Shown: positions 1 to 11,798 of the stretch, piece after piece | Layout: every line of letters begins with the position of its first letter | How positions within the stretch are numbered: the first letter of the stretch is position 1 | From: Nemertoderma westbladi | Taxonomy: Eukaryota; Animalia; Xenacoelomorpha | Direction of reading: 5' to 3' | Assembly (NCBI GenBank): GCA_032718475.1 | Contig: JAUCBJ010007469.1 | Coordinates: 1-42,677 of the forward strand | DNA: 42,677 nt | The notes under the pieces: model-generated | What the model saw: only the letters and a program-made list of their open reading frames with translations | The model's database searches: none | What the model was told of the DNA's origin: nothing | Program-made: the position numbers and the translations under genes

Positions 1-729
1 CTAAAAATAGTAATTTTAATAGTGATTCATTAATCATTAAAGACTCCTACATTCATTTTATTTTACTAAGTCTCAGTATTTTATATATTAAACAAACATT
101 TATTTATTAATGTAAGCATTTATTTAAGTTGCATCAATGCATGGGTATTTATTTTCATATTAACCCTTTAGTAAGCCATTTATAACTTATATTTAAATAA
201 AAAAGGCATATAATAATAAATGATATATCACATTTTCTACCCACAACTAAGAAGTGTCAAAAGCTTCATCACAGACACTAACCACAGCCGCAGCAGTGTC
301 ACAGCCACTAACCAAAAAGCATTATAACAAAAAAATTTACGTAATTCATGATAAACTTTTCGTATCTCGACTAAACTGGTTTTCGGATGCAATTAAACAC
401 AATACGATGTACTACTACATACAGCAACATTCACGTAAAATATTGCGTGCATAATGTACATAAATTTATTGTCATTTATTTTATAATGTGAGTATGACCA
501 AATAAACTAACTATAGGCCTACATCCAAATTAATTAAAAGTTTGGAAACCTCTTTCTATCCCACGCCCAACCTCCACACTAATGATATCGGTTTATTTAT
601 TCAAATGAATTGATTAAACGTGTTCGTGTCCCATACATTGTGACGAGAATCCTGTTGTCGTTTTTTTTCCTAAAACATTTACAGCAATATAATTTTCCTT
701 TTTCCAGCCATTACGATAATAAATAAGAA

Positions 730-2823
730 TTAGTTTCCAATTATGTTTTTATTAAAAGCCTGCCACATCAATAAACGAGGACATATATTTTTGTCTTCTA
801 ATTCGAAGGGTTTCGCCTCACTCTTATCGACTGAACCAAAATTTTTTTTTTTTATCAACTCTAGTGTTTTCAAATGGCCAGGCTGCGGAAGTACCATTAT
901 GCAAACCTTTTCAACTTCGCCTGATTTCTTCTCAAAGTTCTCCCATTCCGAATCCTTCACGGACATTGAGTTGCGGACACGATACTCTAAATCGGTAGCC
1001 ATAACGTAGAGAAATAGCAAAAGCTCGTGTGCCTTATCTGTGCTGTACCTGCCACATCGCTGGTCCGTAAACGCATGGGAGTCTGATAGAACGCGAAGAC
1101 AAAAAGGGAAATCGTAGACCCTGAACGCCACAATTGCCAGAAGGTTTAACCCCTTCCAATTGATTACATTTAAAGGGTTCAATCTCCCTCGCAGATCTTG
1201 CTCATAGATTTTAATGCAAAATGCGAGTTCAGCCTTGACTGCAGTTGATCCAATATCTTCCAATGACATTTTCTGTAACGCCGCTATCATATCACCGGTT
1301 TTATTGAATATATCGCTTCTCAATCCCGGTTTTTCATTGCAGTTAACGCAGAATACATTAGACGTGGAAGCCACATAATCATTTGGCAGTGGTGTTTGAC
1401 AATGGGGACATTGGGCAACGCAGTTCAATATGTCATCACCATATTGTCCTTTAAGACAGGGCGGGCATTGACAAACAAGATGCCAGCGGCTTTTCAATTT
1501 TTTTTGTCTCTCTCTGTAGGATTCCCCTTGATACCCATATTTTGGTCCATAACTAACAGTGACTTCTTCGCCAGGTTTCAATGTCTCTACTGCTATATTC
1601 ATGCATACGATACCCACTGGGAATGTCTCCCCGGTATAGACAATTACAGACTGTGTAGATGGACTGCACGAATGACGAAACTTGGTATTAGAAGGAATAA
1701 TATACAAAGCGACGTCAAATCCATAGATGTCTTCTCTTATAGCCCTAGTATTTAATTCACATTGAGAAAATAACCGACAAAAAGCGATACCTGCTTCAAT
1801 GACTGTTACGCCGCTTGCCAACGTAGGAATTGAATTTACCAGACTAACTACAAATGAGGTTAGGATATACTGCCTTCTTTTCGTAAACGTATCGTAATGG
1901 TGTATCAGAGATAGTATCGCAGGTAATGGGGGGTCAGCATCTTCTCCATGTACTGATCGCAGAAACTCATTATCACCAACGGATAAAAAAATCCGAAGCA
2001 CAAGCCGCCATATCTCATCGTCATCATTTTGTCCCATCATTGGTAACTGGTCGGAAATAGCACATTCTTTTTCGTGGTATCTATTCCAGCTCTCGTGAAC
2101 ACATTTTGGCGAGCAGTAACTAACTTCGTTGCATTTTGAACAGTAGAATGGTGCCGATGGAAGGTCAGCCGCGCAATGGTGGCAATACATGTCCTTGAAT
2201 CGTTTTATAACACTGACGTCGTAAAGTTTATCATAACTGATGAGGTCTCCCGCTGAAATGGCTTCCTTGGCGACGACAAACTGTCCCTTTCCCTTGGTCT
2301 GACGGACCTCCAAATTCGTCGACATTCCAGGGTATTGTTGAGATTCCTTAAATTCAACATTGTTCAATGAATCTTCTTTCTGTTGATTTTCCGGTATTTG
2401 ATCCAAGGCTAGCGCTCGTCGAGCCAACAGCTTCTCTCTCAATTTATCTTCACTACTGTCCAAACATTGTAGAGCAGTATCAATGTTAACAACAACCTCG
2501 TTAAACAAATTTTTCTTCATTAGAACTGCTGAACGATTCCCCAAGGCTTTCGCAAAGTCCAGAGACTCATACGGGGCTTTCTTAAGAGCTTCATTGTACA
2601 GATGCAAAGATTCCTTGATGAGACCATTCTGAAAGGTGGTGTTTCCTTGGTTACGATACCAAGATGATTTTTCAGAATTCTTTTTCTTTTCATCTGGCGA
2701 TATATTTGCTGAAGCCCTAGTTAATTTTCTTGAATTTACCGGATTCTCCAAACAATATAACAATTGGTCCCTCATTCCTGACGTTGGAAAGTCTGAAGGG
2801 ACTTTGACCCGACTATCACCCAT
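730..2823 (-). CDS. SMYD4: SMYD4-like SET and MYND domain protein (TPR + split SET + MYND zinc finger + post-SET), intronless, 697 aa
   Basis: TPR-like N-terminus (RNQGNTTF...YNEAL...ALGNRSAVL), SET-N 'KGKGQFVVAKEAISAGDLI', MYND 'CHHC...CSKC...YCSPKC...HEKEC', SET-C 'RHSCSPS...GEEVTVSYG', post-SET 'CQCPPC'. SMYD family is secure; SMYD4 subfamily is inferred from the TPR N-terminus. Confidence 0.85.
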   Translation of the reverse strand: MGDSRVKVPSDFPTSGMRDQLLYCLENPVNSRKLTRASANISPDEKKKNSEKSSWYRNQGNTTFQNGLIKESLHLYNEALKKAPYESLDFAKALGNRSAVLMKKNLFNEVVVNIDTALQCLDSSEDKLREKLLARRALALDQIPENQQKEDSLNNVEFKESQQYPGMSTNLEVRQTKGKGQFVVAKEAISAGDLISYDKLYDVSVIKRFKDMYCHHCAADLPSAPFYCSKCNEVSYCSPKCVHESWNRYHEKECAISDQLPMMGQNDDDEIWRLVLRIFLSVGDNEFLRSVHGEDADPPLPAILSLIHHYDTFTKRRQYILTSFVVSLVNSIPTLASGVTVIEAGIAFCRLFSQCELNTRAIREDIYGFDVALYIIPSNTKFRHSCSPSTQSVIVYTGETFPVGIVCMNIAVETLKPGEEVTVSYGPKYGYQGESYRERQKKLKSRWHLVCQCPPCLKGQYGDDILNCVAQCPHCQTPLPNDYVASTSNVFCVNCNEKPGLRSDIFNKTGDMIAALQKMSLEDIGSTAVKAELAFCIKIYEQDLRGRLNPLNVINWKGLNLLAIVAFRVYDFPFCLRVLSDSHAFTDQRCGRYSTDKAHELLLFLYVMATDLEYRVRNSMSVKDSEWENFEKKSGEVEKVCIMVLPQPGHLKTLELIKKKNFGSVDKSEAKPFELEDKNICPRLLMWQAFNKNIIGN

Positions 2824-4316
2824 TACTTACATTCAATGATAGTATAAAATGAAGGGGAAAGAGGGATATGCAAAGTGGAAAAGTAATTTAATAATGTAAG
2901 AGACGAGAAAAGTAGAGCAGCACATTTAAAATAAATGATGAATATTCGACCCCTTTATTTAACCCAGTATCTTTAATTTTGGTGAATATCAGGTTTTATA
3001 AATCATTTTACTGAGGAATTCGTTCTGCGTCTATCTGTAAAATTACTTCAATTGGCATTTGAAGAAGAGGAAATGGGTTTTTAAAATTGCCATAACCGTG
3101 TATTTCCATCATTTTTAGCACATGCGTATTCAAACTACACAGTATACGAATTAATAAATTAGTATATAACAACCCAGTATCTCAAAAAAGTTACACGTTC
3201 ATTAGGCCTTCGCGCAGCACGCGAGATCGTGTAACCCTAGAAAGCTGTAATCCCAGTACTTATTTGTTCTATACTACTTCGTTAGCTTCCCTATTTGTTC
3301 TATTTAAGCAATGCTCATAGGACACTCCTACCAAATTTCAGACAAATCTGATGGTTGGATGGTAATATAATTACAGCTACTTTCTAAAGGCTCTCTTACT
3401 TCGTAGCTCGCCCCACATGCTAAAAGCCGACGCTGCACCATTTGAAGAGTTGTTTTAAAATTATGGCAAAAAACATACTATTAATTACTCGGCTACTTAA
3501 ACCAATAACTTAACTTGGTTCTGATGTCTTTGGTTTAATTTATTGCTTTGATCATCAATTGCAGAATGTCCGAAATCTTTTGAGTTTTTGTCAATATTAA
3601 ATTTATGGAGATACTTGGTTTTGCAATGAATGGGCCGTGTATATAGCTATAGCAATTTTATGAATTAGACAACATCTGAAAGTTTTAATTAGTCCCAATT
3701 AATTAGTACTGAATTAGTCCTAGACTTTCAGTAAGCATTCTAACTCACTTAATACGCATGTGACTAATTTCACGTATTTTTAAAGGACAAAAAAGGACAA
3801 TTATTCTATACAAAACAGTAAACGAATTGGTTACTGAGAAAACGAAGAAAATCCCAAATTATCATTAACAAACATACAATTAATATTGAAAGAGAGGTAT
3901 AAAAATGAGTAGGTTGAACGAGGCCTTATTGAAATTCGCCTTATTACAGTATAAAAGGATAAATCTGATCAAATAACATCAACAATAACATGCCTACTGA
4001 ATACCAACTACCAAGATGCACAGCACGCTTACAGCATTGCTGTATGAATAATGTATGTGTAATATTCTCTAAAGAACTATGTTTTGTAGATAGTTGGGAA
4101 TCATAATCTCTTGTTTATTGCATCCTATTGATTTAATGTATGTGCGGGTTGGCTGTTATGTTCGGAGTGAATCTACAGTATCTGGAATGTAATTCCTGAT
4201 ACAACTCGGACAAGATGACGTGTGGTTAAATTACCATCATAAACGGCAGACATCATTGTCTGTCATATTGAAGTATAAAGCTATCAAAAGAGCAAACTCA
4301 ATTATATAGCAGGGCA

Positions 4317-4585
4317 TGGGGCGCAGCAAACTTCGCCCGCGTCCAATATTCGCCCGGAGCAATTTTCGCCCTCGAAATGAGCAACTATCGCCCGGCGGAA
4401 ACCTTCGCCCCCAAGCAATCTTCGCCCACGAGCAACCTTCGCCCACTAAACAATTATTGTTTTGGTTAGAAAAAACCGTCTCAGTAACCTGCTCCTTTCC
4501 CTCAATTGGTAACAACATCGTTTATTGTTCAATTGGTAACTAAAATGGTTACTAACACAAAATCTTATTGGGCGAAGGTTTCCCT
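4317..4585. mobile_element. Non-autonomous repeat (MITE/Helentron-like) with arrayed CTTCGCCC motifs, copy 1
   Basis: About 7 'ttcgccc' motifs, then a 'ttattgtttttggttaga...ctcctttccc' core and an inverted 'gggcgaagg'. A homologous copy lies at 6840-7094. Confidence 0.65.
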
Positions 4586-5679
4586 TCTGATAGGGTGGGT
4601 GGATCACAATTTTAATTACTAAGTAATTTTTAAACATGTTTCTACTTTGATGTTCTATTATTCTTACCAAAAAATGATATTTGAGGCATGGATTATACCA
4701 AATGAAATATTATAGCTTTTTTAAATAACAAAGGTTCACGAGGTTATAAAAAACTTCGTAATGTTTCCACTTTGGAATAAAACTTGTTTCGAATTCGAAG
4801 TACTTTGTTCCAAATTTATTGTAACATTACTTAACACGGTTTGTATTAACAGCGAGTTATTTTTAACCAAATTTAATAGTGAAATAATGTAGACTTTACA
4901 GCTCAAGAAGAGTAAATTCAACCTGAATAAATATACCAGAAACTTAAGTTATGACGACAACAATATCAAATCGTATTCGTAAATCAAACGTAGTTTAAAA
5001 TAATATCTAAAAGGTAAAAGGTACTAATAATAATCGTTAATGAACCCACGCTGAGCCGGTTGGTATTCCTTTCCATATACACTTCCATTGCATAACGGTC
5101 TTAGATGTAGCAAATAATTAACAGATATCCATGTAATTAGGAACTAATAAACTTTTTTTGAAAATTTTAAAAATTATTAGAGTCTCAAAGCACAATTTTT
5201 ATTTTCAATGCTGTTTGAAAAATGCAAAATTGGACAGTATTTATAGCATATAGATTTTTAAATCAGAAATAAACAGTTAGGCTTAAGGTTTCAGTGTCTG
5301 TAAATATAATAAAACTTACCGTAAATTCACTCTGTCAAATCAAATTACCCGCCCCCCCCCCCCCCCCCCAGTTAGAGGACAGCGGACAGCCATTACTTTT
5401 TGAGAAATTTTATGTGGCTCAAGTATCTTGATTTTCAGGGTCACTGATTTTAATAAAAAATCGATAAAAAAAAGCAAAGGCGGTCAATGAAATTAATTTA
5501 AACTTAGTAAATTATCAAACGTTAAGTCAGATATCCCACCCCTCACCCCCTTCAAACCAATGTAAAAACAAACCAATGTAAAAATAGTGTCTCGAAAATA
5601 TAATATATAATATAATATATAGTTTCTTTATAGAAAAAAGTAATATTACGTAATATTAATAAATAACACATAATTAAAT

Positions 5680-6567
5680 CTATAAATTAAATCTTGTAAG
5701 GAAGTCCTGTAAGGAACTTTTACTATTTCTCTCAGGCTGTTTACTGCCGATCATGTTTAAGATCTGATCTTTGTACGAAGATGTCTGTTTAGCATCGATA
5801 TTAATTACCGGTGCGTTCTTCGACGAATCACCTGAATGATCAACTGACTTCCTAACAGATTCCTTAGCTGTTACCGCAGTAATGCGATCGATCGAAGCAT
5901 TAACATTGTCATTGGTGCAGGGTGATGCTGTGTTGGTTTGTAGTTCGCCGGGCTCGGTTTCCCCACTACCTAATCGATTTAATTTACTCAACTTCTTCCG
6001 CAAACTCTTCTGTTTCGATTCCAAGGAACCTAGTAGGGTTGTTGGATGGGAATCTGTTTTCTGTCGCTTTCCTTTTAATTTATCTGAAATAATTTTCCGT
6101 TTTCCATATGAAAAGGCGGGTATTACCGAGTTACTTATACCGTCTGGTAAGACCAGTGCTGGAGAAGTTAAATTAAAATCACCATCGTTCATTTTTACCT
6201 CGTTATTGGGGAGTTGAATGTGTTTATGAGTTCCACATATTTTACAATAAATTGCGAAACAGCTAACTCTGTCGACAGTTGTTGCGCGTTGGCAGCGGCA
6301 CCAATTTTGTCGACCGCATAGGGAACGCAATCTAGTGGAACTGTTTTCCGGTGTGTATATGGAACCGCAGCGTGAACAGAACCGCGAGAGGACGGCATCC
6401 GGGAGTTTGTAGTCGCTTGTAGCGAGGAGGTCGACGAACTGAGTGATTAGAGTTCGCGAGAGGCTGGAGTTAGCGTGCCGGTTGGCTGAACGCCAGAGGA
6501 AGAGCAACGTGGGTAGAACTTCTCGTTCGTCGGTCGAGCCAATTAGAGATACACGGGTGTCTGACAT
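5680..6567 (-). CDS. Rpr2/Rpp21/SNM1-family zinc-ribbon protein, most like RNase MRP subunit C18orf21/RMP24, intronless, 295 aa
   Basis: 'FLWRSA...LSR' helix, two CxxC pairs (CSRC, CKIC), 'NSSTRLR', a long basic low-complexity tail and a C-terminal 'SLQDFL' motif resembling the C18orf21 'DFRNFL' end. Confidence 0.75.
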   Translation of the reverse strand: MSDTRVSLIGSTDEREVLPTLLFLWRSANRHANSSLSRTLITQFVDLLATSDYKLPDAVLSRFCSRCGSIYTPENSSTRLRSLCGRQNWCRCQRATTVDRVSCFAIYCKICGTHKHIQLPNNEVKMNDGDFNLTSPALVLPDGISNSVIPAFSYGKRKIISDKLKGKRQKTDSHPTTLLGSLESKQKSLRKKLSKLNRLGSGETEPGELQTNTASPCTNDNVNASIDRITAVTAKESVRKSVDHSGDSSKNAPVINIDAKQTSSYKDQILNMIGSKQPERNSKSSLQDFLTRFNL

Positions 6568-6645
6568 TATTAATAGTTAAAAACGGAAGTTTGTAATAAA
6601 TAAATTAACTACTCGAAATTGTACAATATGGTGGAAGTTCGAGGA

Positions 6646-6783
6646 TCATTCGCTCTTTACTTTTACGATCCGGACTGTTGGAGTTTCTTTGCTGATTAGG
6701 ATGATTCCGCACATAATAAACGTCGCTCCTAGCAACCAGGTACTGCCGAGATACTCGCCCAATAGAAAGTGTCCAAATGCCGC
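6646..6783 (-). CDS. TMEM42: TMEM42 exon 3 (AAFGHFLLGEYLGSTWLLGATFIMCGIILISKE...stop)
   Basis: Acceptor ttgcag at 6784, phase 0. Matches the TMEM42 C-terminal 'AFLGYVLYGE...WWGGVFLILCGLTLI'. The spliced product is 120 aa. Confidence 0.85.
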   Translation of the reverse strand, partial: AAFGHFLLGEYLGSTWLLGATFIMCGIILISKETPTVRIVKVKSE

Positions 6784-6839
6784 CTGCAATGTATAAGTAT
6801 AATTAATACCGGCATGGAGTAGTCGTGGTACGCAGCTAA

Positions 6840-7094
6840 CAGGCAAACTTCGCCATCGTCCAATCTTCGCCCGGAGCAATCTTCGCCCTCAAAATAAGCA
6901 ACTATCCCCAGGCGGAAACCTTCGCACGCAGGCAATCTTCGCCCGCGGGCAACCTTCGCCCAATAAATAATTATTGTTTTGGTTAGAAAAATCCGTCTCT
7001 GTAACCTGTTCCTTTCCCCCAATTTGTTACTAAAATGGTTAGAAGGTTGCTCGCGGGCGAACATTGCTATGCGTGCGAAGATTGCACCCAACCG
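6840..7094. mobile_element. CTTCGCCC-motif non-autonomous repeat, copy 2, in TMEM42 intron 2
   Basis: Aligns by eye to 4325-4550. Its right end has inverted 'gggcgaac/gcgaagattgc' motifs. Confidence 0.65.
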
Positions 7095-7205
7095 TTTCGT
7101 GTGTACAGGACAGGATCAAAGGATACTACTGTACCGACCACCCATAACCTGATAACGTTGCTGATAATATGTTAATAATAATTCGTATAGAAAATTCGTA
7201 CTTAC

Positions 7206-7352
7206 AGAAAGCATGAGATTGGCTGAGGTATTTGTTATAACTGCAGCGAATGATGACAGAGATTGCATTGATTTTATGAGTAAATTTCCCATAAGCAAAT
7301 TAAGGAATATCATTAGAGCAAACATTAAGGATTGAATAACTGGATTTGAAAT
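7206..7352 (-). CDS. TMEM42: TMEM42 exon 2 (ISNPVIQSLMFALMIFLNLLMGNLLIKSMQSLSSFAAVITNTSANLMLS)
   Basis: tttag acceptor, gtaagt donor, 147 nt, phase 0/0. Hydrophobic and similar to TMEM42 'NSLMW...SSAIASVTVTFSNILSS'. Confidence 0.85.
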
Positions 7353-7979
7353 CTAAACAAAGAGAAAATAAAAGGAGAATAACATTTAGACCTAACATCA
7401 GAACATCGGTACCGGCTCGGCTGACCGGTAACAGGCCTCAATCAGTCAATACACTGATACAACAATAAAATAAATACAAATAGCATAAAGAAACCTGTAA
7501 ACCAGCAATTTGCCTTGCCCGTATTGCAGTATTGACGAACTATTGGCTGACTGAACTATCCGTGACGGCAACTGTAGGGCTATCTTCTGATCTGTAAGCG
7601 GATTCAATTCCGGATAGTGGCATTTTCAGCAATATGTTGGAGAAACGAGATTAGCAATATTAATCTCGTATCACAGCCAACATTTGGGGGGGGGGGGGGG
7701 GGGGGGGGGACACAAGCCCCGAAGCCACACACAAAGGAAGGTTAGAGGTCAAACCACCTCGGAGGGGACACAGCTAGTAGAGGCTAGCAGCAGAGGGGAA
7801 ACACTCCCAGAGAGTGCAAGGGTGACAAGTAGCATATTAAGCCAACAAGGGGGAGGAAAGCACGTGATAGGGCACAGGAGAGCATCCATTAGGTAACAGG
7901 CCAAAGTAGCGTAGGAGGTGAAGCAATATTGGTATATCAATCATCCCTATTGAAAAGTTTTATTTTCTGCGCCGAACGC

Positions 7980-8215
7980 GGCGCCGGGTGCCAAAAATCC
8001 TGCGCCGGCTCTGAGCAAAACCACGCCGGGTGCAAAAAATCCTGCGCCGGCTCTGTGCAAAACCACGCCGGGTGCAAAAAATCCTGCGCCGGCTCTGTGC
8101 AAAACCACGCCGGGTGCAAAAAATCCTGCGCCGGCTCTGTGCAAACCAACGCCCATGCCAGGTGCAAAAATCCTGCGCCGGCTCGGTGCAATGCAAAATG
8201 CTGCGCCGGGTGGAA
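7980..8215. repeat. ~42-bp subterminal tandem repeat, about 5 copies
   Basis: Unit gcaaaaccacgccgggtgcaaaaaatcctgcgccggctctgt. Confidence 0.9.
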
Positions 8216-9389
8216 AATAAAACATACAATCTGCCTGTTATACCAGTATACTGTACAGTACCTGTAGTTTATTCGGTTATCTATAATACTGCAGCTGCAC
8301 TAATCAATCCGAGTTTACTTAAACGAACGAAAGTTGTGGGTGGGTGAAATGAAAATAAGGATACAGAGACGGAAAACCTTAATAAAGACAAATGCAACAA
8401 GTACAGTAGGTACGTTGTTTTATTCCAAAAGTGTAACATTACGAAACAACTACTTAAGAAACACTGCATGTAAATTTTTGTTGTCAAGTAAAGTGTACAT
8501 TTTTTGAAATTACTCAAATGTTACAATATGAATTATAGAAAGAATATTAAAGACTACTTCAGTTGGCCTACAATTAATAGTCCTTGTATTTATGTACTAC
8601 GTTCTACTTTATTACATACTACGTAATGTGGTCCTATACGTCTATGCTACAGATACGGTATGTCTGAATGAATAATGACTAGCTGTATGTTATTGTTATG
8701 TTATTAATATCGCCAGAATAACAATAAAATATTAATTTTTGCACATGTACGTACACGTACAGTATATTAAAATAAAATGAACACATATCTGGCAAAGTAC
8801 GCTAATAAGCGCATGTACTATTGTAATAAAAATACGGAAAATGGTATTCAGGTAAAATTAGTAAAATATTTAAAATTATAGTTTATTTGCAGTACTTACA
8901 GTACAGTTGCTGCATATTAATTATTAAAAAAAAAATGAAATTACAGTAAAATTAAATTAAAAACCGGCAAAGCATACTTACAGTAGGTTCATGGGCTTCA
9001 ACAACATACAGTACTAAAGGCAAAGATATTAATAAGGACAAGTTTACAATACTCTATAGGATACAACACAACAATACGTAGTTATACGGAACATAAATTT
9101 GGTACCGCAGGTAGTACCGTATGTCGCATAAGTAAAATATTACTGCTGAAATAAAACGCGCAAAGTAAAGTAACTACAAAAGATAGGAAAACAATTAAAC
9201 ATAAAAAAACACTATTTTAAAATTTAACACAAAAAATTTTTTTTTTGGGATTGAAAAAATGAAAATAATAGGTACTGTAGCTAGATTTTAATAAAGATAT
9301 CGTTGTATCCGAAAGATATCGCTTTCGCTACTGCCACGTGCCACTTGGCGCACAGGAGTATCACAATATATTCATTTTAAGGGACATTT

Positions 9390-10125
9390 CGCAGTCTAGT
9401 CTATTTTTGAATATGCTCAATCATGGAGTACCAAGGGTATTACGTGCATTAATTAACAACACTTTCCAGTAATGATAAAGGATTCAAAATGTTTACAACG
9501 CTGTCTGCAAAGTTGTTGCGTGTTAGCATTGGTGGAGTTAGGAACGAAACTGGAAGAAATTACTTCGCTCAATTTTGTCAATCCCGTTGATAAACTTGTA
9601 TGTTGTTATAAGGTCGGCTAGTACACGGCGATATATTAGTGTCGGTAGTCTGAGTGCAAGTAGTCGGTTTTCATATGACAACTCAGCCAGCGATAGTACA
9701 ACTGTACAAGGCGAGTGACCACACGTTGTTGTACTTGTTTAAGACGTTCAATATTTATCATGTCGGAGGAATGGCGAACAAACAACTGTGTCGTATTCAA
9801 GGAGAGGCCGACAAGGGATTTGTATAACAGGGTCAGAGGGTAAACATCGGAGCTTCCAAATATGTAAAAGTTCTTCGTATTAAATGTACGACTCGCATGG
9901 CGCGGGCTGCAGTCTTTGTGCAGTGAGCTGTGATGCTGTGAAGGATAAGTCTGGTGTAAATGTACTTCCAAAATCACGTTCCTCGGTTGCCGATAAAAGT
10001 GTCCGTCCATTCAGCCATTCATTGTGTAAAACGTTGCTTGGGGATTTCTAGAACCTAGATGCTTGCATGACTTTGCACTTGGAGTCATTGAACTGCAATT
10101 TCCAATGGTTACACATGTATGTCGG
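9390..10125 (-). mobile_element. Degenerate CR1/L2-type LINE 3' fragment nested in the TIR element
   Basis: Remnant peptides 'LLYKSLV...IERLKQVQQRVVTRLV' and a terminal 'FKNRLD' typical of the CR1-group ORF2 C-terminus. Frameshifted. Confidence 0.7.
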
Positions 10126-11720
10126 TAATAAATTGTTTCATTATCAATAGTGCCATTGCCATAGTATAAGTCGTTTTGTTTTATTCACTGTTCAACTTAT
10201 TCTGTCTGCCTGTTTTATTATATGTGCAGTTTTATTTATACGCTTCTATGACAGCGGTGTCTCCATCCAAATAATATAATATAATATAAATATAGCTTAT
10301 ACTATACAGCAATATTAAGTAAATATATAAACTGACTATGACCAATAGCAATAATGACTGATCAGCTGATAGCTGGAACTGTGATAGCCTACCTGCCTGC
10401 CTGCCTACTGCATAACCTGATAACAGCATAAGGTTAAATACGTAAATAAATGACCAGTTGCAGTCAGCCATTGCTGCCGTGTGAGTTTCCTTTCTGCCTC
10501 ATGCATGGCCAGTTGTTATTGTGTTGCTGTGCTGTGCTGTGATGTCTGCTGTCTCAGTCTCACTGTCTGCCTGGTGCTAGGTTCGGCTGATTTCTGCGCC
10601 AGGCAAATATGTACGCCGGGTGTGCTGGGCTGATTCCTGCTCCGGCGCCGTGTCAATTTCTGCAGCGTCGACGCCGGGAATATTTCGACGCCTGCTGCGC
10701 CGAGCGCAGCATCTCTACCATTGGCAGTGCTCCGCCGGCCACGCCGGCGTAGCACATCTCTGCGCCGACCCTTCTGGCTCATTGCCCGGCGTAGCACATT
10801 TCTGCGCCAGCTCCCGGCGCAAGTTCTAGTGCTGCGCCGAACGTGCTCGGCGTACATGTAAAACTTTTCAATAGGGTCAATCATATATTACCTCCCGTTA
10901 CCGGTTTGTGATTCAGTTAGTTAGTTACCCAGTTTTAGTGCAGACCGGTAACATTGTTTCACCGTCATCGTATATCGGCTGTCATCATACATTACCATTA
11001 CAGCATTACCGGTATTCAGTTAACATATCAGCATATGCAATCTTTATTGTACCGGTACTATTATTATTATATATATATTACAACGCAAGGAACATCAAAC
11101 TCTGAACGTTTTTCTCCAACGGCCTCGGCCAAGTTATCTATACCATCTCAGCCTACGGTGACGCGTATAAACAACCTACCCGGTCGGGATCTCTGATCCC
11201 GTCACATGATCCTATCCAATCCATCCATCATCAGATCATCTACCAGTCTACCAAAGGCCAGGCCAGGCTGCCAGGCCAGTAGGCTAGGCAGTAGGCTAGA
11301 TGCTAGAGCTGTACCGCGCGTATCAGTCAGTCAGTATAGGCCTACAAGCTACCTACAGCCTACACAGGTGTACAGTGCCAGTGCGGTATGCTAGATTAAA
11401 GACGGGAAGATGGTCTAGCTGGATAGGCGAAGGGAATTCAATCAGCCAATACTGCAAAACAGCAATCTGGCAATAGGATACCTACTGCTGTTGCTGTACT
11501 GTCTGACTGCAGACTGTAGGCCTAGTCTCTGAGTCTAGTAGGTAGGCCTACCTGGGTACTTACTGAGGTAGGCCTAGTACAGTAGTAGGTAGAGGTAACC
11601 TACCAGCCTACAGACAGACAAACCTACAGACTAACAGACTGACAGACCTAGGCTTATTTATACTGTTATTTAGGCCTATCAGCCTATACAGTTATATAGA
11701 CTTAGTCTGGGGCAACTTAC

Positions 11721-11798
11721 ATTTGAAACTAGTTTACCAGCCAATGACGCCATTGCGGCACACATTCCAGAACAACCTGCTTGCATAAGACCTCTCAT
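11721..11798 (-). CDS. TMEM42: TMEM42 exon 1 (MRGLMQAGCSGMCAAMASLAGKLVSN)
   Basis: ATG at 11798, gtaagt donor at 11720, 78 nt, phase 0. Matches TMEM42 'CAGAFGALAAASAKL'. Confidence 0.8.

Larger units (their letters stand above)
7945..10876. mobile_element. 2.9-kb non-autonomous DNA transposon with 18-bp TIRs and 8-bp TSD, in TMEM42 intron 1
   Basis: TIR CCCTATTGAAAAGTTTTA at both ends. TSD TCAATCAT at 7937-7944 and 10877-10884. GCGCCG-rich subterminal regions and no transposase ORF. Confidence 0.9.

Noticed and set aside
7686-7709. G24 run and other C/G homopolymers (5352, 15190, 20590) as G-quadruplex elements
   Set aside because: Simple homopolymers with no supporting context.
7929-8347. 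Several overlapping ORFs
   Set aside because: Artefacts of the 42-bp repeat.
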